Below, piece after piece: positions 59,808 through 64,000 of a stretch of 64,000 bases of DNA. The notes under the pieces were generated by a model. It saw nothing but the letters and a program-made list of their open reading frames with translations, did not search any database and was not told where the DNA came from. Numbering within the stretch: position 1 is the first letter of the stretch; each line of letters opens with the position of its first letter. The translations under genes were made by a program, and so were the position numbers. Origin of the DNA: Podarcis gaigeae (lineage: Eukaryota); the NCBI GenBank assembly GCA_964106915.2, contig OZ066918.1; one strand, given 5' to 3'.

Positions 59808-61974
59808 TTATACCCCACCCTTCTGGATTGAATCTAAAGCTGGTCATGGGCTCTCCTATTTGTTATGAGAAGTATATAAACACAGTGAAGGAAAAGGCAC
59901 CTTTCAGTGTGTACAGGATGGGCACACCAGTAAAACTACACACTAGGGGATATAAACAACATCCAAACATGTGTGCAAGGACTTGGTGAGATCACACTTC
60001 TACTCTAGAAGAATCCCTGCCCCCTGACTACGTCTGTACAATAATTAGGGACTCATAGCATCATAAAGCTGGAAGGTATTAAGAAGCATCTAGCCTACTC
60101 CTTAAGGCAGGGTCTTCTCAACATTAAGCCACATCCAGATTGCTTATTGGCTCCTCCTACAGGATAATCCATCAGATGTGTGACACAGGCAGAGGTAGAG
60201 CAGAGACAGTGTCCTGCACCAGAGGACACTTTCCCAGTTCAAGGGGCTGTTTAGCAGGCGTCTCAGATCAGAACTACCCTCCTGCACTTGAGGGTGCATT
60301 TTCATAATTAATGGAGCTAGTCCTTAAAACAAGTTAAAGCCACCCCTTTCCAAATCTGTACATGCAATCAGGGTAGCCAGGAGCTTGGCAGGGGAGGCAC
60401 TTTCTCATTCTGTCATTGTGTGCATATGGAAACTTGACAACTTACACTAATAAGCAGCTTCTTCTTTTTCTGGGGCTGCCAGCTTGGAACATTCTTATAA
60501 ATGCAGCCAATGGCTAGGATCAATACTGTCTTTAAAGCCTCTCGGGGATACTTTATCCACCCTGATTGTGTGCACAAAAGGGTGGTCAAAGTGCAAAGCA
60601 AAACATGTAATATGTCTTATGATCATTCCTATGGAGAACACCTGGTTAGCTCCACTATTAGCCACTCGGCGCTCCCCCATTCCCCTGTGGCAGTACCTGG
60701 CTGCGTTGTAGACTCCAGCATGCAGATCTGCTGTTCACTTCCCCATACCCACCTCTGAGTTGTGGCTTGGCTACGCAAGTGTTTCTGCATGTTTTCAACC
60801 TTCTGCAGCAATTTCCCTGCTTGGACCCATGATACAAGGGTGGGCTAGAATCCTTAGAAGCATCCGATTCACCTTAGGCCAGCAGCAGCATATAGTGCCA
60901 GAAGCAGACACATCCCAAATCCATTCAGCTCTTGGTCCAGAGCCACCTAGATCCTGCTAGCTCCAAAACCTAGCCTCACTCACCATATGCTCAGTGTTAT
61001 TTCCTGAAGGGGGAATAAGTGGTGCTTACATGGTCATTGCCTTTTATATAATAATGTTTAGAGCAGTGGGATTCATGGTGTGGCTGGCAATATTGCCATA
61101 CAAGTAGCCAGAAGGCTATCTAATAAATACCCCACTGGTTTAAAAGTCCGTCTCAGATCAAACTTCAATGGGTGCCTGATATATGAGAGAGTAAGAGAAT
61201 TCTGCTCACAGTCATGGTGCAACATGATAGGAGCCAACACGTGCAGTCCTGTTATTCAGATAGGATCTTGCCTCTATCCACTCACCATGGAAATAGTCTG
61301 AAGAGCGCCGTAGATTCCTCCAGACATGGGGATTAGGCAGGAGCTTACGAAGAATAGGGTACATCTCCCATGTGTTAGGTCACAGCAAGCAATATATCAC
61401 ACAGAGCTGGCAGTCTGGGTGCTAGCACCACCCTCCAGTTCAAGCCCAGATTAACTTGTTGTCAAATTAGAACAGGATGGTAACAGGTACCTGGTGACAA
61501 AGATGGTGTGTTCTACCATCAGGCTCCCAGCATTTGGTTTGGGCTAATTAAACCCATACATCAGTGAACTCCAGATAGATCATTAGGGAAATGGCTATTA
61601 ATTAAGTTGCCTTCCTCTACACACAGAGAAAGCGTTTATACCTGTGCACAAGGCAGTCAAGCAGACAGTCACAAACTTGATCTTTGTAACCCTTCTTCCT
61701 CCTCCCGAGAGCTCTTGACTTTCCCACTGGAGCTTGGACAACCTGGTCTCTAAAAGCATAACGTCACAACATAGTTGCTTAACAAATTAGAGTCCCTTAC
61801 ATTGATGGTATTCCATACAGAAATGTGGAGTGGAGGAGGCAACTGTTTACATGAGGAATGAGCCTTCTGGATGTTGTTGGGACTCCCATCAGCATTGGCC
61901 AGTGGTCATGAGGGTAAGTTGCAGCTCAACAACACCTGGAGGACCACAAATTCCCCAACCCAGTTGTAGATCAT

Positions 61975-62182
61975 GGAACACAGGAACACAGAAAGCTGCC
62001 TTATACTCAGCCAGATCACTGGTCCATGTGGCTTCATGTTGGTACCTATCATCTACCCTGAATGTAAGGTGCTCTCCAAAATTTCAGACAGGACTCTCTC
62101 TCAGCTCTATCTGGAGATGTCATGAATTGAACCTAGGATTTTCTGCATGCAAAGCAGATTCTCCGTCACTGAACTACAGCCC
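61975..62182 (-). mobile_element. Squam3-like SINE
   Basis: ggaacacaggaacacagaaagctgccttatact tail through ttgaacctaggattttctgcatgcaaagcag...ctgaactacagccc head. Confidence 0.65.
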
Positions 62183-64000
62183 TGGAAGTCTCTACTCCCC
62201 AGCCCCACAACTTTGTATTCACACTAGCAAACCACAACTTCCCAGGACATGCAAACAGCAAAGAAAACTCCCAGAGGCACAATGACCACACATTCCCCAG
62301 AGATTCCTATATGAAAGTCTTTACCAGGCATGAATTGTGTGATGAGAGAAGATTTTGTCTGATCCCTTCACTTGATTAACTGATTAACACCTTCTTCCTG
62401 GAGCCTGGAGAGCATCCAAAAAGGAACTGAATTGGCGGCGGGAGACAAAAATGAATGATCTAGTCCCAGAGCGGCTGATGGCTGCTTCTATTCTCAGGAT
62501 GCTAGTCTCTTGTTTTGGATGCAGCAAGAGTCCAGCCCCACCAAGTGCGATGTGCCCATGGCATTAAATGTAGGATGGTGCAGGGAAAGGCAGCAGAATA
62601 CTACATGAGTATCAGGCACCTGAGCAGGAAAAAGGGACCCTCCCAAAGACCAGGGAGACAGTCTTCACTCTGAACAAGGGAGGAAACTGTGCACAAGCAA
62701 AGAAGGAGAGCCGGGCCTTTGCCTGCTCATTGCTGGGTTATTTAATAATCCCTTCCCTTATCTCTTATGGGCAGCTCTTGGAATGGAGGCAGTACAGAAT
62801 AGGTAAGAAGGCATACATCCAGGCTCCGATCCAGTCTGTCCTTGGACCAAGCTTAGGCTCAGAACTGGGGTCAGGCATCTTGGCAGTCGCCTGCTAGGGG
62901 GATCCACGGTATAGATTTGCTTTTAGAGATGCCCTTGGCAACTGGGGAAGGAAAAAAAAGCAGTTGGTCGCCATCTTGTTCCGAATGTGGACATTGATGG
63001 AAGTCCTCTCCATGACTCTGTGCCCTGCACACCACCATTTTCTGTCCCACTAAACAGGCCAGCTCTTGAGTAAAGGATGCAATGTGTACAAGAATGCCCA
63101 CTCAGTGCCCGCACTGCAGTAAATTTGCCCTGGACAGCTTGCTGTGGTCATAGACAGATCCCCTTTCTCTGCATTCTGTGTTGCCTGCCCAACTCTGACG
63201 TTAAGGTGGTGATATGGCACCAAGGAGGTGAAAAGTTTCTCAAATGGGCAGTGATGATTCTCCACCGGGCAAAGGAGAAAGCACCTCTCTGGCCATGGAA
63301 GCAGCTGCGCAGTTCCATGTCTTGCTTGCTCCTACAGGGTGTGGTTGATTACACTGCAATTTGCACCCATTTATACAAATGGACGGAGATACACTTAACT
63401 CAGTAGACCTTGCCCCAAGGAGCAGATGGCACTAGAGGCTTACAGGAAGGTAGCTGGTCCTGCTAGTGACACAGCAGGGCCTCTGCATGCTGGGGGCAGA
63501 CAGCGGGATCTGCATGACATGCTAGCATGGGCATTTGATAATTCCCAAGTGAAGGCACTGCTTTATTTCCTATCATGGAGAGAGAGGGAGCTGTGTCCCA
63601 TTCGCTCCAAGGCGACAAGGCCAAGACAGGTTCTTTGGAGAATTCTGGACATCCAGAGAGAGGATGCAACAGAAGCAAAAATTTAATTGTATTGTTGCTC
63701 TGCACCAGCAAGCAGCTGCCGTTGTACACAGTTCCTGCTATTTATCCTAAATGACTTCATAGCCCCCGTGGCACCGCCATCTCTGTTATAAAGCACGGCC
63801 CTCCAGCAACCTCGCAGTGAGATAACACTGCCTGCGCTACTGTGGACTAGTGACATCACTAGCTCACAATGTCATTATCCAAATGCATTCCCACATTTTC
63901 CTCGGTGACATCACAAATGAACAGCCAATCAATTGTGGTAGCATCAAAATAGCCTGGAAACATCACGAGACACCTCCTCTGTCTCCCCCCCCCCCCCACT

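Noticed and set aside
58157-64000. CRTAC1 exon 1 and promoter
   Set aside because: No CpG island or MAPSADPG-like exon found; probably beyond the window. Motif clusters near 62350-62500 and 63730-63950 may be enhancers but cannot be supported without conservation data.
1-64000. CRISPR arrays, rRNA genes or prokaryotic systems
   Set aside because: The sequence is intron-rich vertebrate DNA; no repeat-spacer arrays or rRNA-like segments were seen.

Overview
This window is vertebrate genomic DNA from a squamate reptile, probably a lacertid lizard (inferred from a Sauria SINE, CR1 and Penelope repeats). It holds two convergent genes. GOLGA7B is on the + strand and is complete: 5 coding exons at 3977-16116, 166 aa, a CpG-island promoter with two REST/RE1 sites, and a U12-type last intron. 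CRTAC1 is on the - strand: exons 2-14 at 58156-34636, a B/LOTUS-type terminal exon, and two further calcium-binding-EGF exons at 28417-28292 and 27774-27644. Exon 1 of CRTAC1 was not found. Main novel candidates: (1) programmed stop-codon readthrough of GOLGA7B, with a UGA-CUG context, a perfect 10-bp stem-loop 10 nt downstream, and a 29-codon open extension ending in the class I PDZ ligand -STRF; (2) a non-autonomous hAT transposon (26285-27229) that has captured hexokinase-2 exon 1 and a second exon-like fragment; (3) a three-EGF CRTAC1 isoform in place of the mammalian antisense-overlapping A tail; (4) an inverted Penelope fragment carrying two hammerhead ribozyme cores inside the GOLGA7B minor intron. 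Gene and repeat identities come from recalled sequences, not database searches. Most ORFs in the supplied track are spurious.
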